A stretch of DNA of 64,000 nucleotides, from the NCBI GenBank assembly GCA_965222225.1, contig CBDCTK010000002.1, positions 5,536,001 to 5,600,000 on the forward strand, read 5' to 3'. The translations under genes were made by a program, and so were the position numbers. Below the pieces are notes generated by a model. That model saw only the letters and a program-made list of their open reading frames with translations, ran no database searches and was not told the origin of the DNA. Positions 9,171-21,407 of this stretch are shown here, one piece after another; position 1 is the first letter of the stretch, and each line of letters begins with the position of its first letter. The DNA is from Candidatus Poribacteria bacterium (lineage in GTDB: Bacteria; Poribacteria; WGA-4E; JAJDTR01).

Positions 9171-10634
9171 ATGAAGAATGTTCTTGTCGTTGATGACGAT
9201 GAAAAAATCTGCTGGGCTTTTGAGCAATTCTTAGAAAGTGAAGGCTTTTTTCCGAGCATTGCCAACAATGCCGAGGAAGGTCTACGGAAAATTCAAGCTG
9301 AACAGCCGGATGTCATTTTTCTTGATGTTCGACTGCCGGGCATGAGCGGGTTGGATGCGCTTGAACAGATTAAAGAACTTCAATCAAATGCTGTCGTTGT
9401 CATCATGACAGCCTATGACGATGTCGAGACAACAATAGAGGCGATGCGCTTACAAGCATTTGATTTCTTGCCCAAACCAATTGACCTTGATGCAGTAAAA
9501 GCGGTGCTAAATAGAGCATCCAAGACGCAAGCTGAACGTCGCAAAATCGCAGATGGAACCACAAGCGACGTAGCATCTTCTGTAGATCCATCGGTTGACA
9601 GAGCAGGGGGGCAGGGGCACCGTTTGGTTGGAAAAAGCGAGCAGATGCGAGAGACGTACAAGCTAATTGGCGTCATGGCGAGCAACACAATCACCGTGCT
9701 TATTGAAGGGGATACAGGCACTGGAAAAGAACTCGTAGCACAAGCCATTCATGCCAATAGCTCTCGCAAAGATGGCCCCTTCATTTCAGTCAATTGTGGT
9801 GCGCTTCCCGACGAGCTTCTTGAAAGTGAACTGTTTGGCTACGAAGCCGGTGCTTTCACGGGCGCAAAGGCAAAAGGCAAACCCGGACGGTTTGAGCTTG
9901 CCGATGGGGGAACATTATTTCTCGACGAAGTGAGTAATATGAGCCCGGCATTGCAAATCAAACTGCAGCGTGCTTTGCAGGAACAGGAGATTGAAAGATT
10001 AGGAGGGACAAGAACATTAAAGACCAACGTGCGGGTTCTCGCTGCGACCAACCAAGACCTTGCCGAGATGGCCAGGCTGGGCCTATTTCGACAAGATCTT
10101 TACTATCGTTTCAAGCGACTGGCGGTTCATCTGCCGCCTTTGCGGGAGCGCACCGAAGACATTACCTTACTTGTAGATCATTTTCTGAATCTTATAAGTG
10201 CCGAACTAGGAAAGACAATTACAGGTGTCTCGGATGATTGCCTAGGACTTCTGGCGAGATATAATTGGCCCGGGAACGTGCGGGAGTTGGAAAACGCGCT
10301 CAAAAGTGCAGCGGTACTTTCACGATCTGATGTGATACTTCCAGAACATCTCCCACCGGATATTGTGAATTATGAACGCAAATCCGAATTGAACCAAGCC
10401 CAATTGGAACAGTCGCTTGAATCCATTCTGCAAGCCACGGTCAAAGAGGCATTGTCGCAAGAACGGGAGATGTTATACGACGAAGTTATAAACGCCGTAG
10501 ACTCTGCGCTTATCCGCTTGACTATTAACAAATTTGGCCAAAATCAGACGGAAACGGCGAAATTGCTTGGGATTAGCCGCACAACACTTGCACAGAGGAT
10601 AAAAAAGTTGGGGCTTGACCTCGGAAATTCATGA
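9171..10634 (+). CDS. Sigma-54-dependent response regulator (NtrC/AtoC family)
   Basis: REC domain (VVDDD, LDVRLPG), Walker A GDTGTGKE, GAFTGA, LFLDE, WPGNVREL, C-terminal Fis-type HTH. Confidence 0.95.
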   Translation: MKNVLVVDDDEKICWAFEQFLESEGFFPSIANNAEEGLRKIQAEQPDVIFLDVRLPGMSGLDALEQIKELQSNAVVVIMTAYDDVETTIEAMRLQAFDFLPKPIDLDAVKAVLNRASKTQAERRKIADGTTSDVASSVDPSVDRAGGQGHRLVGKSEQMRETYKLIGVMASNTITVLIEGDTGTGKELVAQAIHANSSRKDGPFISVNCGALPDELLESELFGYEAGAFTGAKAKGKPGRFELADGGTLFLDEVSNMSPALQIKLQRALQEQEIERLGGTRTLKTNVRVLAATNQDLAEMARLGLFRQDLYYRFKRLAVHLPPLRERTEDITLLVDHFLNLISAELGKTITGVSDDCLGLLARYNWPGNVRELENALKSAAVLSRSDVILPEHLPPDIVNYERKSELNQAQLEQSLESILQATVKEALSQEREMLYDEVINAVDSALIRLTINKFGQNQTETAKLLGISRTTLAQRIKKLGLDLGNS

Positions 10635-10664
10635 GGTGTACGAAGTGTAGAACTAACTCGGTTA

Positions 10665-10859
10665 AATCCTTGTTTGAAAATCTATTTGAATAGTACCATA
10701 TAGCCAAAAGCTCCTACCCTACATGAAATCTGCAGTAATCAAATCTCCGATTTCCCATAATATTTTCAAAGCTTGCAGCAATCGACGTAAAAGACATAAA
10801 AAAGCCCACTTTTCAAACGACCAGATGGATTTGCCACCCGTTAATCAAACAGGTTCTAA
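10665..10859. mobile_element. Possible IS5-like MITE remnant
   Basis: Left CCTTGTTTGAAAA and right TCAAACAGGTTCTAA form imperfect inverted ends. A similar end, TTAGAGCTTGTTTGAA, occurs at about 38567. Confidence 0.35.
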
Positions 10860-10992
10860 GCATCCGACTTTTGTGTTTCGATAAGTAATCGCCTCAGGAC
10901 AAAACTAGCTACGCCTAAAGAATTGACTAACTCCAGTAATCCGTACACCCATCATTTTCGGAAAACCTGCCTGCCCGTTATGGAGCATTCTC

Positions 10993-12750
10993 ATGTCATT
11001 AGTTCGTTTAGATCACATAACTAAATCGTATGACCCCTATCTAATACTAGACGATGTATCTGTGGCAATTGAGCGAGGTGACAGGATTGGACTAATTGGC
11101 AAGAATGGTAGCGGGAAGACAACACTTATCGAAATCATCGCTGGCATAATCCAAGAATTCAAAGGATCGGTTTTTACTTCAAGGGGATTGCGAATCGGAT
11201 ATCTGAGCCAAGAACCGAATCTCAATCCAACCTGTACGCTACGCCAAGAAGTTCTCAAGGTTTTCCGAAATCAACAAAACCTTGAGGATGAAATGCTACA
11301 ACTGAGCGAAAGAATGGAACACGAAGAGAATCCGGAGCTTATAGACGAATACGCGAACTTACAGGAACAACACGAACGCATGGGGGGTTACGATTACGAG
11401 CATCAGATTAGCCGGACGCTCAGTGGTTTGGGTTTTGGGGCCAATGATTTTCATTTGAAAACTCGTATGTTGAGTGGTGGGCAGAAGAGTCGTGCGGCGT
11501 TGGCGAAGCTGCTTCTCGAAAAACCGGATCTTCTTCTACTTGATGAACCAACGAATCATTTGGACATAAAAGCAATCGAATGGTTGGAGAACTTCCTGAA
11601 TTCGGAATACGACGGCGCTGTTTTGATTGTTTCTCACGATCGCTATTTCCTAGACCGAGTCGCGCGGAAGATTTGGGAATTGGACGACCATCGAATTAAG
11701 TTGTATCGAGGAAATTACACCAAATATCTTGAAATCAAGTGCTTGGAAGTTCTGGAACAGGAACGCAATTATGCGAATCAGCAACGTTTTATCGCCCACG
11801 AAGAGGAGTTCATACAGCGGAATATCGCCGGACAGCGCACGCGCGAGGCACAAGGTCGACAGAAGTTGCTCAATAGAATCGAACGGGTCGAAAAACCTGG
11901 CCATAATCTCCGGTCGATGGGCATCCGCTTCACGCCGGATACACGTGGCGGAGATGACATTTTGCAATGTCGAGATTTGGAAATGCGATACGGGGATAAA
12001 ATGGTGTTTCGGAATTTGAATATTGAAGTTTATCGCCGAGATGTCGTTGGAATTATTGGGCCTAACGGTGCAGGGAAAACCACGCTTTTCCGTTTGATTC
12101 TTGGGGGATTTGAACCGACGGACGGTCAGCTGAAGATTGGAGCCAACCTGCATTTCGGATACTATGACCAGGAACTTAAGGGGCTCAACCTTGGAAACGA
12201 GATTCTTGACGAAATTTGGGAACTACGTCCAAAGCACACACAGGAAGAAATCCGAAACTTTCTTGGACGTTTTCTGTTCTCTGGCGATGAAGTGTTTAAA
12301 CAGATTCGCCGCCTGAGCGGAGGTGAACAAAGCCGCATCATGCTTGCGAAGCTGCTGCTGGAAAACGCAAATGTGCTCTTGCTTGATGAACCAACAAATC
12401 ATCTGGACATACCTTCCTGCGAAGCGCTTGAAAAAGCACTAAGTGAATATCCTGCCACAACCTTTATCATTTCCCATGACCGGTATTTGCTGAACAAGCT
12501 TGCCACGAAACTATTGGTTTTTGAGGACGGCACTGCAAATCTGTTTGTCGGAACGTATGCGGAGTATGAAAACCATTTACGCGAAGAAAATCAGCTGACA
12601 ATAAAGAATCAGTTGAAACCACGGAATGCGCAGAAAGGAACAGGGGTACAGAAGGGAAAAAACGAAAGGGTACGTACCGCCTCAACATCAAGAAAATCCT
12701 CTAAATCAAAGCGGCGAAAGATAAAGGCAGAAAGGTTGGTTGATGTGTGA
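10993..12750 (+). CDS. ABC-F family ATP-binding protein
   Basis: Two ABC domains (GKNGSGKT/LSGGQ/LLLDEPTNHLD and GPNGAGKT/LSGGE/LLLDEPTNHLD), no TM segments. Confidence 0.95.
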   Translation: MSLVRLDHITKSYDPYLILDDVSVAIERGDRIGLIGKNGSGKTTLIEIIAGIIQEFKGSVFTSRGLRIGYLSQEPNLNPTCTLRQEVLKVFRNQQNLEDEMLQLSERMEHEENPELIDEYANLQEQHERMGGYDYEHQISRTLSGLGFGANDFHLKTRMLSGGQKSRAALAKLLLEKPDLLLLDEPTNHLDIKAIEWLENFLNSEYDGAVLIVSHDRYFLDRVARKIWELDDHRIKLYRGNYTKYLEIKCLEVLEQERNYANQQRFIAHEEEFIQRNIAGQRTREAQGRQKLLNRIERVEKPGHNLRSMGIRFTPDTRGGDDILQCRDLEMRYGDKMVFRNLNIEVYRRDVVGIIGPNGAGKTTLFRLILGGFEPTDGQLKIGANLHFGYYDQELKGLNLGNEILDEIWELRPKHTQEEIRNFLGRFLFSGDEVFKQIRRLSGGEQSRIMLAKLLLENANVLLLDEPTNHLDIPSCEALEKALSEYPATTFIISHDRYLLNKLATKLLVFEDGTANLFVGTYAEYENHLREENQLTIKNQLKPRNAQKGTGVQKGKNERVRTASTSRKSSKSKRRKIKAERLVDV

Positions 12751-13107
12751 GAAGGTCGTAGAATAGTCCCAAATAGGATTTTGTCTGTTCACAGCCATCT
12801 GTGGAGTCCGCAAATACGCACGAAGTGGTTACGAGTGAGAGATTCCGGCTACTGCAGTTGGACGAAGAGTTATCCTACATGCGTAAGGTAATTCGCCCAT
12901 AGGACCTCGCTTCAAGACTAGATACGACGCAATATGAACCCCGCTTGTATGCCTTCCCATCCGAGGGTAGACACCGATTTGCACGTAATGCTTTTACTTA
13001 GAAGGTTAGCGTAACGCTGAGGAAAAAGAGCTATGTGATGAACTGATTTCTATGGCTCCGAACATTATGCACGAATCGAATTAAGACTTTGTCGGCGTGG
13101 AGAATGA

Positions 13108-14408
13108 CTAGTACAATTTGATTAAGATGGCAATCAGCCCTATTATGATGATTACCATCACCCACAAAATTGCTTTGTAGATTTGGGACAAGGCAGAAGA
13201 CGTATGTTCTTCAATCAGTTCCCGCATTTTCTGTGATATAGCTTGTGATATAGATTTCATCTCCCCTTCCAAGCGTTCCAAACGTTTTTCAGTTCTGAGG
13301 CCCACATCGTTGATGTCGTCTAAGGTCATTTCATAAAGTCCATCAGAATCTAGAAACCATTCGGGGTGTTTTTGTTGAAGCGCTTCGCATTTCGAGTCGA
13401 ATAACCGGTATACTGCCCCAATTCATCATTAGAATCTCGCTGATATTCCCAACAGCACTCCCTTAGTTCATCCCGGAGATCTTCTCTGGTATAGGGGTAG
13501 TCACTTGCTAGTGCGGCATTGAGAAATCCCTCTTTGTCCTCTTCGTACGCTTTTCTTATTGCGTCCGGTGTGATCCGACCGGGTATTTTGCTATTATCTT
13601 GTAATAGACTGCGTAGGGCAAAGCGACAACTGCGGAAATATGTAATTTCATACTCTTCATAGACTGATTCATCTACATCCCACCTTTTTATCAATGCAGG
13701 TATATTCATATCATCAGGGGCTTGTGGAATATCCACTTCTCCGTATGGGGCGAGTAAGTCCCCAAATTGCGACAACACGCGTGCCGACTGCGCATTGACC
13801 GGGAGAATTTCAAACAATTTCCAAGCAGCTTTAAATGTGCTATCGAACGGGGTTATCCAGTCGAACTCATAGAGTTTCCTTCGATTCCGGTACGATGATG
13901 GACAAAGGCTCTGATTTGAACTGCTGCAGTCTACTGCATTGAACCATTGCTCGTCTGTTAACTCGTCAAAAGGTTCTTGTCTATCGTACAAGAGGGTTAA
14001 CAAACAATGGTCAATGGATTCGTTTGAGAGGAGAAAAACTAACATCTCGAGATTGTCATCGAATGACTGAAGGAGTCCTCTTAAAATCTCAGAATCTTTA
14101 TCAATCCAACGGACCAGTAACCCGCGTCCAACTGAGGGCCCTGCCAACACTGCCTGCTTGATTGTCTTATCGCTGTTTCTAAAAAGGTTCATTGCATCGT
14201 CATCAAACAGTGTTGCATACAATGCCAAACCGAGATTTATTACAGGTTCATCGCGCTTAATCAACACATCTGCAATGTCCCGATGAGCGCCGCCAAAAAT
14301 TCTAAAGTTAGGCTTCTGTTCTCTTAACCACTCGAATACGGTGTCTGGAGATGCATGAGTGAGTCGGTACACTTCAAAATGATTTTCAAATATGAGATCT
14401 TTTTTCAT
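13108..14408 (-). pseudogene. Hypothetical protein with C-terminal TM, split by one frameshift near 13402
   Basis: Shifting frame at ggttattcgac gives FDSKCEALQQKHPEWFLDSDGLYE, which runs in frame into the 73-aa ORF (MTLDDI...). This joins ORFs 13350-14408 and 13108-13329. Confidence 0.6.
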
Positions 14409-14733
14409 GATACTAGGTTAGAGAATTGAGCTCTTCGTTGAGTAGGCGATTTGACAATCGAGAATAGCCTCGCACGGGCATTTGGTTGCGGCGATCGGAC
14501 TTGAAAATTTGGACCTTGACAAATGCTCTCATAAATTATCACCATTGTCAAGCAAAAGCATAGCCATCGCTAGATGCCCTAGGATGGCTAGTGCGTCTCT
14601 CCCCCAATATCGCTTCCTCACATCACAATTTCAATTGACGTTGTCAGAATAGACTAAGTTATTTTCGACAAGGAGAATAGTCGTTTGATCGCGGACTTTC
14701 ATCAAAAGCGTTCTGCTGTCTGCCTTAGCTCTA

Positions 14734-17128
14734 TTATAATCTGTTCTTGGCGCACTGTATTACCGTGATCTCTTGCTCGGCATATCCGTCTGCGCCCACG
14801 ACAAGGCGATAGATTCTTGGGGAAAATCCTTGGAAAATCGCTTTTCCACTTAGATCTGTGACGAGCCGAAGTGTCCCATCTAGGGCTATTGTCGCGTTGG
14901 TAAGCGATTTCCCTAATGCCCGGTCAATGATGCAAACTTCAAGCCGTGTTTGTGGTAGGTTGGCTTCCCGAAAGAACTTACATGTACCGAGAAAGATGGA
15001 GTAGGCCTCCTCCACAATTCGCGCGTGGGAACCTGCGATTTCGAAGGCAGAGTGATTGATTGACCGAATCTCTAACGTTAATGCAATTTTATTTGTAGAC
15101 CGTATCTCGGGCGAATCCGGATCCTGCAAGGTTTCATTTGACGTTTTGCTATCACCGAGAACAAGATATTCGAGAATAGATTGAACATAACGCGCTGCAA
15201 CCTGATTACCGGGATAGTGCGTTGCGACTACCGATGGACCATGGTTAGTCCGATTGCCATGATCGATCCGCAGATAGTATCCATTTTCCTTAATTGCATT
15301 TAATGCCGCAACGCGTTTGGAGACCGCGATTTTTTGGTCTTCTTTGCGAATAAGATACACCCTTGCGCCAGCAATTTTTAGCATTTCACTCAACGCATTG
15401 ACTACAGCAAGATTGACTTGCGCCGTCCCCGGAGGCGTTCCTCGTTCAGTCCCACCGTACCGAGCGTCGAGAACGAAGACCTGTCCAACGAGTGATTCCT
15501 CACAGATTGGATGCAAACCCGGATGAATAACCAACGCCCGGTTTGGCAAAACTTCTTCCTTCATTTGGAGATTGTAATAACCGGCTTTTGACACTAAGAG
15601 TGACGTCTCTCCCGGGGACACGTGATTGTAGAAAAAATGCCCATTGGAATCGGTCGCTGTAATTCTTTCTTCACCTTTCATCAGTCGTATTGTGGCGTCC
15701 CCAAGCGCGCTTCCAGTTGCATTTCGGACCCTACCTTGGATAATTCCGCCTTGGATTTCCCAAAACCGACCGAGATTGTTTCCTGCTTATCTTTGTAAAC
15801 TACCTTGACCTGCGCAGTGCTGGGCTCTCGTATCGCCGGATCTCCATGGAGATAGAATCGGGCGATACCATTTTTAGACAACTGAACCGTTTCAGTCGAC
15901 CTCCCTACCGTTGTTTGAGCATGAATTAGTTCATCGTTCGCAATTGGCTGGTCGTCACTATCATATGCGGCAACGGTGATACCCACATAGCTCTCACCAT
16001 CAGGCGGTATTGATTTTGCCCACGTGCTTACTTGTAATTGTGCTGCGGGTGGCGCAATCTTAAACCACTGCGTTGTAGGCAAGTTGTGATTGCCGTAATA
16101 GTTGACGAGGCATGTCTCAATCCAATGCACACCATTAGACAGTGGTTCTGTGGGTGTGGCCACAATCAAGTCACTATCTCGAAGGTATCGGTGTTGTACA
16201 ACAACCCCATCAAGTTTGACGCGAATGGAGTCGGAAAACACCTGCTGTCGTTTAATAATCCATGCGCCGCGTGTATGGATGCCATCCGAAATACTTATTT
16301 CGATTTTGGGAGTCTTGTGTTCCGTGGTGGATTCCGGGGCAGGTGCCTGCAAAATTCCCTGTGGAAATCCAGCCGCGACATAACGCACAATCCCCAAGAA
16401 ATAGCCGTATGCCTCACGACGGTTGTACGATTTTTTTCGCAGACGTCTCTCCTCTTCTGGGTTAGAATAGAATGATGCTTCGCAAACCACCGCAGGGGCT
16501 TTTGTCAACCGCAGAACACCAAAACCTGACGGGTACCATAAGCTGGTCAGAATAAAGCCCGGTGGCAGCAAGTTGTGGCAGTCGTAGCGCTTCAGAAACG
16601 CCTTGTTGAATGTATCGAGCAAGGTCAAGGCTGGTGGGTGAATCATCCGCATCACGATGATACCACGTGGACGCATAGTTAGTCGTGGGAACGTCAATAG
16701 AATTGTGATGAATCGAGATGAAGAAATCTACCTCGTGCAGGTTCGCTATCTCGCTGCGTTCCGTGATACTTACGTAGGAGTCATCTGTTCGTGTCATTAC
16801 CACAATAGCTCCAGCTTGAGACAGAAAATCTCGAAGATAGAGCGCGGACTCGCAGATTCACCTCCGCTTCACGGAGTCCCGTTGGGCCTCGCTTATACTC
16901 CGACAGGTGCCCTTGTCCACCATGCCCAGGATCGAGACAAATCTTGGTGCCTTGAAGATACCGGGCGTAAGGCGGAATGCCAAATTCCACCTTTGGTAGT
17001 TCATGCCAATTGTTCTGCTTGTGTCCGCAACCGGCATTGGCAATAAGTGCGATTGATACAGCCAAGGCAAAACGCCAGAGATAATCCGGCGGTAAGAAAA
17101 CATTCAAATTGAAACGTAGTTTGCTCAT
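14734..17128 (-). pseudogene. N-acetylmuramoyl-L-alanine amidase lipoprotein (two Amidase_3-like domains), frameshifted into four ORFs
   Basis: Lipobox ANAGC; ICLDPGHGG...EAEVNL (17128-16781); TRTDDSYV..ERSEIAN..FISIHHNS (16803-16462); LRLTKAPAVVCEASFYSN (16697-15681); second degenerate domain VLDARYGG (15681-14734). Confidence 0.75.
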
Positions 17129-17336
17129 GGTAAATTGTTCTGCTATCTCTAGAATTAATCATCAAGCTCCGCGATGCATGTCACACAAATCGGTTGTTAA
17201 GAAAATCAAGGCATTCGCCATAACATGGCAAGAACCGATGACTTTATGGACAATCTTCCTGTGAACGTTCTATTCTGTTGCAGAACCTGGGCGCGGGCGT
17301 TTTACATTAGAACGTAAATCTGTACAAAACATTTCA

Positions 17337-19808
17337 ATGGTTCGCTATTTCATCTCAATCTTTTTGATTTCTAGTTCACTGATTGCCTACGAAATTGCGC
17401 TGATGCGCCTACTTTCGATTGGCCAATGGCACCACTTTGCGCACATGATTATTAGTCTCGCGCTGCTCGGATTCGGTGCAAGTGGCAGTGTGATTGCAAT
17501 TGCCCAACACTGGCTAATGCGTCGGTTCCACGCTGTATACACAGTTTCCGGACTCATGTGCGCGATTAGCCTTGTATGCTGCTTTGCACTAAATCAGTAC
17601 GTTCCTTTCAATCCATTTATGGTGATTTGGCATCCGATACAGCTATTGTTCCTCGTGGCGCGGTATTTGATTCTTGCAATACCATTCTTTTTTGGCGCGG
17701 CATGCATAGGTATGGCGTTGTTGCAGTTCAATAGCGAAGTCAATCGTCTATATTTTTTTGACCTACTCGGCTCGGGTATCGGCGCACTTGGGGCTATATT
17801 GGTAATGTATCTTGTTTCTCCTGTTCAAATCTTGACCGTTGTTTCGGCAATCGGTTTCTGCGGTGTCATAGTTGCAAATGTTGGGAGTCGTTGGAAACCG
17901 TTATCGCTAATTGTAGCCATCGTAGTCGGGTTCATCAGTTACTTGGCCGTCAAACCGATTGAGATTAAAATCTCACCTTACAAGGGGTTGAGTAGTACAC
18001 TCAACTTCCCGGATGCCGAGATTTTAAGCGATCGGCATAGTCCGCTCGGGACATTGCACGTAGTGCGCAGCAACTCCATTCGCGCAGTGCCAGGGCTAAG
18101 TATCCACTCGGAGCATTTGATACCTCCGCAGCTCGGATTATTCACGGACGCTGACGCAATGACAGCAATTACTAATTTTGACGGAGACATTTCCGAGTTG
18201 GCTTTTCTGGATGATATAGTCTCGGCGGTGGCGTACCACCTACTTGACAAGCCGCGCGTGTTAATACTAGGGGCAGGCGGTGGTAGTGATGTGTTGAATG
18301 CGCTGTATCACAACGCAACTTCGGTTGATGCGGTCGAGTTGAATCCACAGATAGTTGATTTGATGGTTCACCAATACCGAGATTTCTCCGGGAACATTTT
18401 CGGCTCAGCCGCCTCCTATCAGGTAAATGTTCATATTGCTGAAGCGCGAGGATTTGTCCGATCAACGCGCGAGAAGTACGATCTTATCCAAATTGCGATG
18501 TTGGATTCGGTCAGCGCTGCTGCGTCAGGGACGCATTCCTTGAATGAGAACTATCTTTACACTATTGAGACAATTGAGGAATTTGTTCAACATCTGACGC
18601 CAGGTGGCATATTGTCAATTACACGTTGGCTCAAATCACCACCACGCGACATGATAAAGCTGTTTGCCACCGCCGTTGAGGCACTCGAACAAATCGACGG
18701 CGCTGTACCGGCTAATCAGCTTGCATTAATCCGGGAGTGGCGTACCGGCACACTATTAATCAAGAGGGAGCAATTCAAACCGTTCGAGAAAGAGGCAATA
18801 CAGGCTTTCTGCCAGCGACGTTCTTTCGACCTTGCCTACTATCCGCAGATGGTCGCATCAGAAGCAAACCGCTATAATCAGTTGCCTGAACCGATTTATT
18901 TCATCGCTGCACAAGCACTAATGTTCGGTAATCGAGAACAATTTTATAATGATTATCCTTTCCAGATTCGTCCTGCGACCAATGATTGCCCATATTTCTT
19001 CCAGTTTTTGCGTCTTGGTAAGTTGGCTCAGATAATTCGCACAATCGGAAGAAATGCTATCCCATTCATTGAATGGGGATATTTGCTCCTAATTGCGATG
19101 TTAATCCAAGCGGTTGTCGCCGGATTGATTGTCATCTTTTTACCACTCCTCTTCCTACGCAAACAACCTATGTTTCTAACGACTTGTGACAATTATAGTG
19201 CATCAAACAATCAGGCATCTAGTCTCTCCACTGGCAGACAAGGCGCATCGAAGTGGCGGGTATGTAGTTATTTCCTCAGCTTGGGTATCGGATTCATGTT
19301 GATTGAGATGGCATTTATCCAAAAATTTCTCCTGTTACTCTCGTACCCGACTTTTGCAGTTGCTGTAGTGCTATGTGCATTTCTTGTCTTCGCAGGATTG
19401 GGTAGTTTCTGCTGTCCACATGTGTCGCGAATTAGCCAGAAATTCCGCTTGCATGATGCCATTCCTACGGTCATCATCATATTATCATTGATTGCCTTTG
19501 CTTACCTGTTGCTACTTTCGCCTATTGTCGACCATTTCATTGCAAGTCCAGATTCGCTGAAGATTGTTGTTTCTGTTGCACTGATTGCACCGTTGGCTTT
19601 CTTCATGGGAATGCCGTTTCCATTGGGAATAGAACAGCTAAGAAGGAATCAGCCGGACCTCATCGCTTGGGCGTGGGGCATTAACGGTTACGCCTCGGTA
19701 GTGGGTGCAATTCTTGCCATATGCCTTGCCATCGCACTCGGATTTAATGCTGTAATTCTGATAGCAATCGCAGTTTATATCGCTGGAGCACGGTTTGCTC
19801 CATCATAA
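17337..19808 (+). CDS. Membrane-bound spermidine-synthase-like SAM-dependent transferase
   Basis: TM blocks flank a SAM domain VLILGAGGGSD..VDAVELNP..EARGFV..YDLI; C-terminal GMPFPLG and AWAWGING. Confidence 0.85.
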   Translation: MVRYFISIFLISSSLIAYEIALMRLLSIGQWHHFAHMIISLALLGFGASGSVIAIAQHWLMRRFHAVYTVSGLMCAISLVCCFALNQYVPFNPFMVIWHPIQLLFLVARYLILAIPFFFGAACIGMALLQFNSEVNRLYFFDLLGSGIGALGAILVMYLVSPVQILTVVSAIGFCGVIVANVGSRWKPLSLIVAIVVGFISYLAVKPIEIKISPYKGLSSTLNFPDAEILSDRHSPLGTLHVVRSNSIRAVPGLSIHSEHLIPPQLGLFTDADAMTAITNFDGDISELAFLDDIVSAVAYHLLDKPRVLILGAGGGSDVLNALYHNATSVDAVELNPQIVDLMVHQYRDFSGNIFGSAASYQVNVHIAEARGFVRSTREKYDLIQIAMLDSVSAAASGTHSLNENYLYTIETIEEFVQHLTPGGILSITRWLKSPPRDMIKLFATAVEALEQIDGAVPANQLALIREWRTGTLLIKREQFKPFEKEAIQAFCQRRSFDLAYYPQMVASEANRYNQLPEPIYFIAAQALMFGNREQFYNDYPFQIRPATNDCPYFFQFLRLGKLAQIIRTIGRNAIPFIEWGYLLLIAMLIQAVVAGLIVIFLPLLFLRKQPMFLTTCDNYSASNNQASSLSTGRQGASKWRVCSYFLSLGIGFMLIEMAFIQKFLLLLSYPTFAVAVVLCAFLVFAGLGSFCCPHVSRISQKFRLHDAIPTVIIILSLIAFAYLLLLSPIVDHFIASPDSLKIVVSVALIAPLAFFMGMPFPLGIEQLRRNQPDLIAWAWGINGYASVVGAILAICLAIALGFNAVILIAIAVYIAGARFAPS

Positions 19809-19898
19809 GAAAATAGCATTCGCTTAGCTGGCAGTGTAGGATGCTGAGCCTGAAGAGAAGAATTGAGGTGCGAATTACTCTTTCCACAATTCCAACTC

Positions 19899-19927
19899 TT
19901 GACTTCGATCTTGAAGTGTTGTAGAAT
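19899..19927 (+). promoter_or_regulatory. Sigma-70 promoter
   Basis: TTGACT-N17-TAGAAT. Confidence 0.6.
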
Positions 19928-19996
19928 TAAGGATCACGGCTGCCGATTGGCGGAATGAGCAACCGGTTGCGTTTGGACAGTTAGCTTGAATACACT

Positions 19997-20473
19997 TTGT
20001 TTCGCCAAAGAAAGACTCTTGGGACTCGGTCTACTGTGCCGAGCGGGACAGGTCGAAGGATGACAGAAGAGCTTGATACCGCTTCTCACGCGAAAAAAAA
20101 AATCGGTTCAAAAATTGTCGTAGGACTACTAGTAGTTGCCCTCATAATCATGATTATCTCGTTCGCCTTGCAATGGTATATCATTCGAGAGCTATTCAGT
20201 TTTACAACAGACATCGTGGAGCGTCAATTGGTACAACAAGCTCCGGAAGGTGTTGAAGACATAGAGATACGGAAAACATTCGCGCGAGTTCGAAAAGCAT
20301 TGCTACATATGCCTCTGAGTTATTTGCGGGGAGATATCAACCTGAAGAAAGTCAAAAGCGCGGCATATTACGCATTGAAAGCAAGCGAGGATAAAGAGTG
20401 GACTTCGGAAGAGGTCAACACTATGCTGAAGATGATGAATGCTGCTGTAGGATTCAAGAGGGAGGTCAAGTAG
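19997..20473 (+). CDS. Hypothetical single-TM protein (start probably at the internal MTEELD)
   Basis: ORF with one hydrophobic helix, directly upstream of the methyltransferase. Confidence 0.65.
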   Translation: MFRQRKTLGTRSTVPSGTGRRMTEELDTASHAKKKIGSKIVVGLLVVALIIMIISFALQWYIIRELFSFTTDIVERQLVQQAPEGVEDIEIRKTFARVRKALLHMPLSYLRGDINLKKVKSAAYYALKASEDKEWTSEEVNTMLKMMNAAVGFKREVK

Positions 20474-20481
20474 CAGCCGTC

Positions 20482-21246
20482 ATGTCAGAGTTGGCAAACC
20501 CGTATGAGAATTTCGCCTATGCCTATGATCAGATGATGACTAACGTGGATTATGTCCGTTGGGCAAACTATATTGATGCTATCTTCAGACAATGTGAATT
20601 TCTACCACGTAAAATCTTGGATCTCGCTTGTGGAACAGGTGCACTAACGACGTTGCTGGCAACGCACAATTACGAAATGTGGGGAATGGATCGCGCCGAG
20701 GGCATGTTGTCGGTCGCCCGCCGAAAAGCAGAACACCAGGGATTAGAAATCCAGTTTAGACGGGGCGACATGCTTGACTTCAATTTGAACCAGCGGTTCG
20801 ATGCTGTTTTATGTACGTATGATAGTATCAACTACGCGGTTAATGAGGAAGAACTTTTGAATGTATTCAAATGCGTTTCAGACCATCTGGAACCATCAGG
20901 CTTGTTCATCTTCGACGTTACAACTGAGCGAAATATCACCCAACATTTCCATTCGCAGACATTCGCCGAGAATACGGAAAACTACTCATACATCTGGAAA
21001 AACATCTATTCCTATCGTGATAAGACGTGCCACACTGCCCTCACCTTCTTTATCCGCGAAGGTGAGTTTTTTCGCCGATTTGAAGAGGTTCATGTCCAAA
21101 AAATGTTTGAGGTTAGCACCGTGAAGAAGATCCTCAATGATGCCGGTTACAAAATGCTTTGTGCCTACGACATGTTCACCTTTAATCGGTGGAATCGTCA
21201 TTCAGATCGAATTAACTTCACCGCGCGAAGAATGGATTCAGCTTGA
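20482..21246 (+). CDS. Class I SAM-dependent methyltransferase
   Basis: FAYAYDQMM..VDY..W, ILDLACGTG, DSINY, GLFIFDV. Start placed at MSELAN inside ORF 20398-21246. Confidence 0.9.
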   Translation: MSELANPYENFAYAYDQMMTNVDYVRWANYIDAIFRQCEFLPRKILDLACGTGALTTLLATHNYEMWGMDRAEGMLSVARRKAEHQGLEIQFRRGDMLDFNLNQRFDAVLCTYDSINYAVNEEELLNVFKCVSDHLEPSGLFIFDVTTERNITQHFHSQTFAENTENYSYIWKNIYSYRDKTCHTALTFFIREGEFFRRFEEVHVQKMFEVSTVKKILNDAGYKMLCAYDMFTFNRWNRHSDRINFTARRMDSA

Positions 21247-21407
21247 GATCCAGCATGTAATAAAGGAATTCCTGCCTTTCCTCTTCTTAGCTTGTTGAGT
21301 CTTACCCCACCCTCGGGTTTCAGTAATCTTCGGTTGCAGATCGACTGATTGTGTTGCGGTTCTTTCGCGCCCGAGCCTGTTCCTGCACTATAAGAACTCT
21401 GTCGCAC

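Noticed and set aside
16462-16860. Programmed frameshifting in the amidase
   Set aside because: Three separate shifts would be needed and I saw no clear slippery site with a stimulator; decay or sequencing error is simpler.
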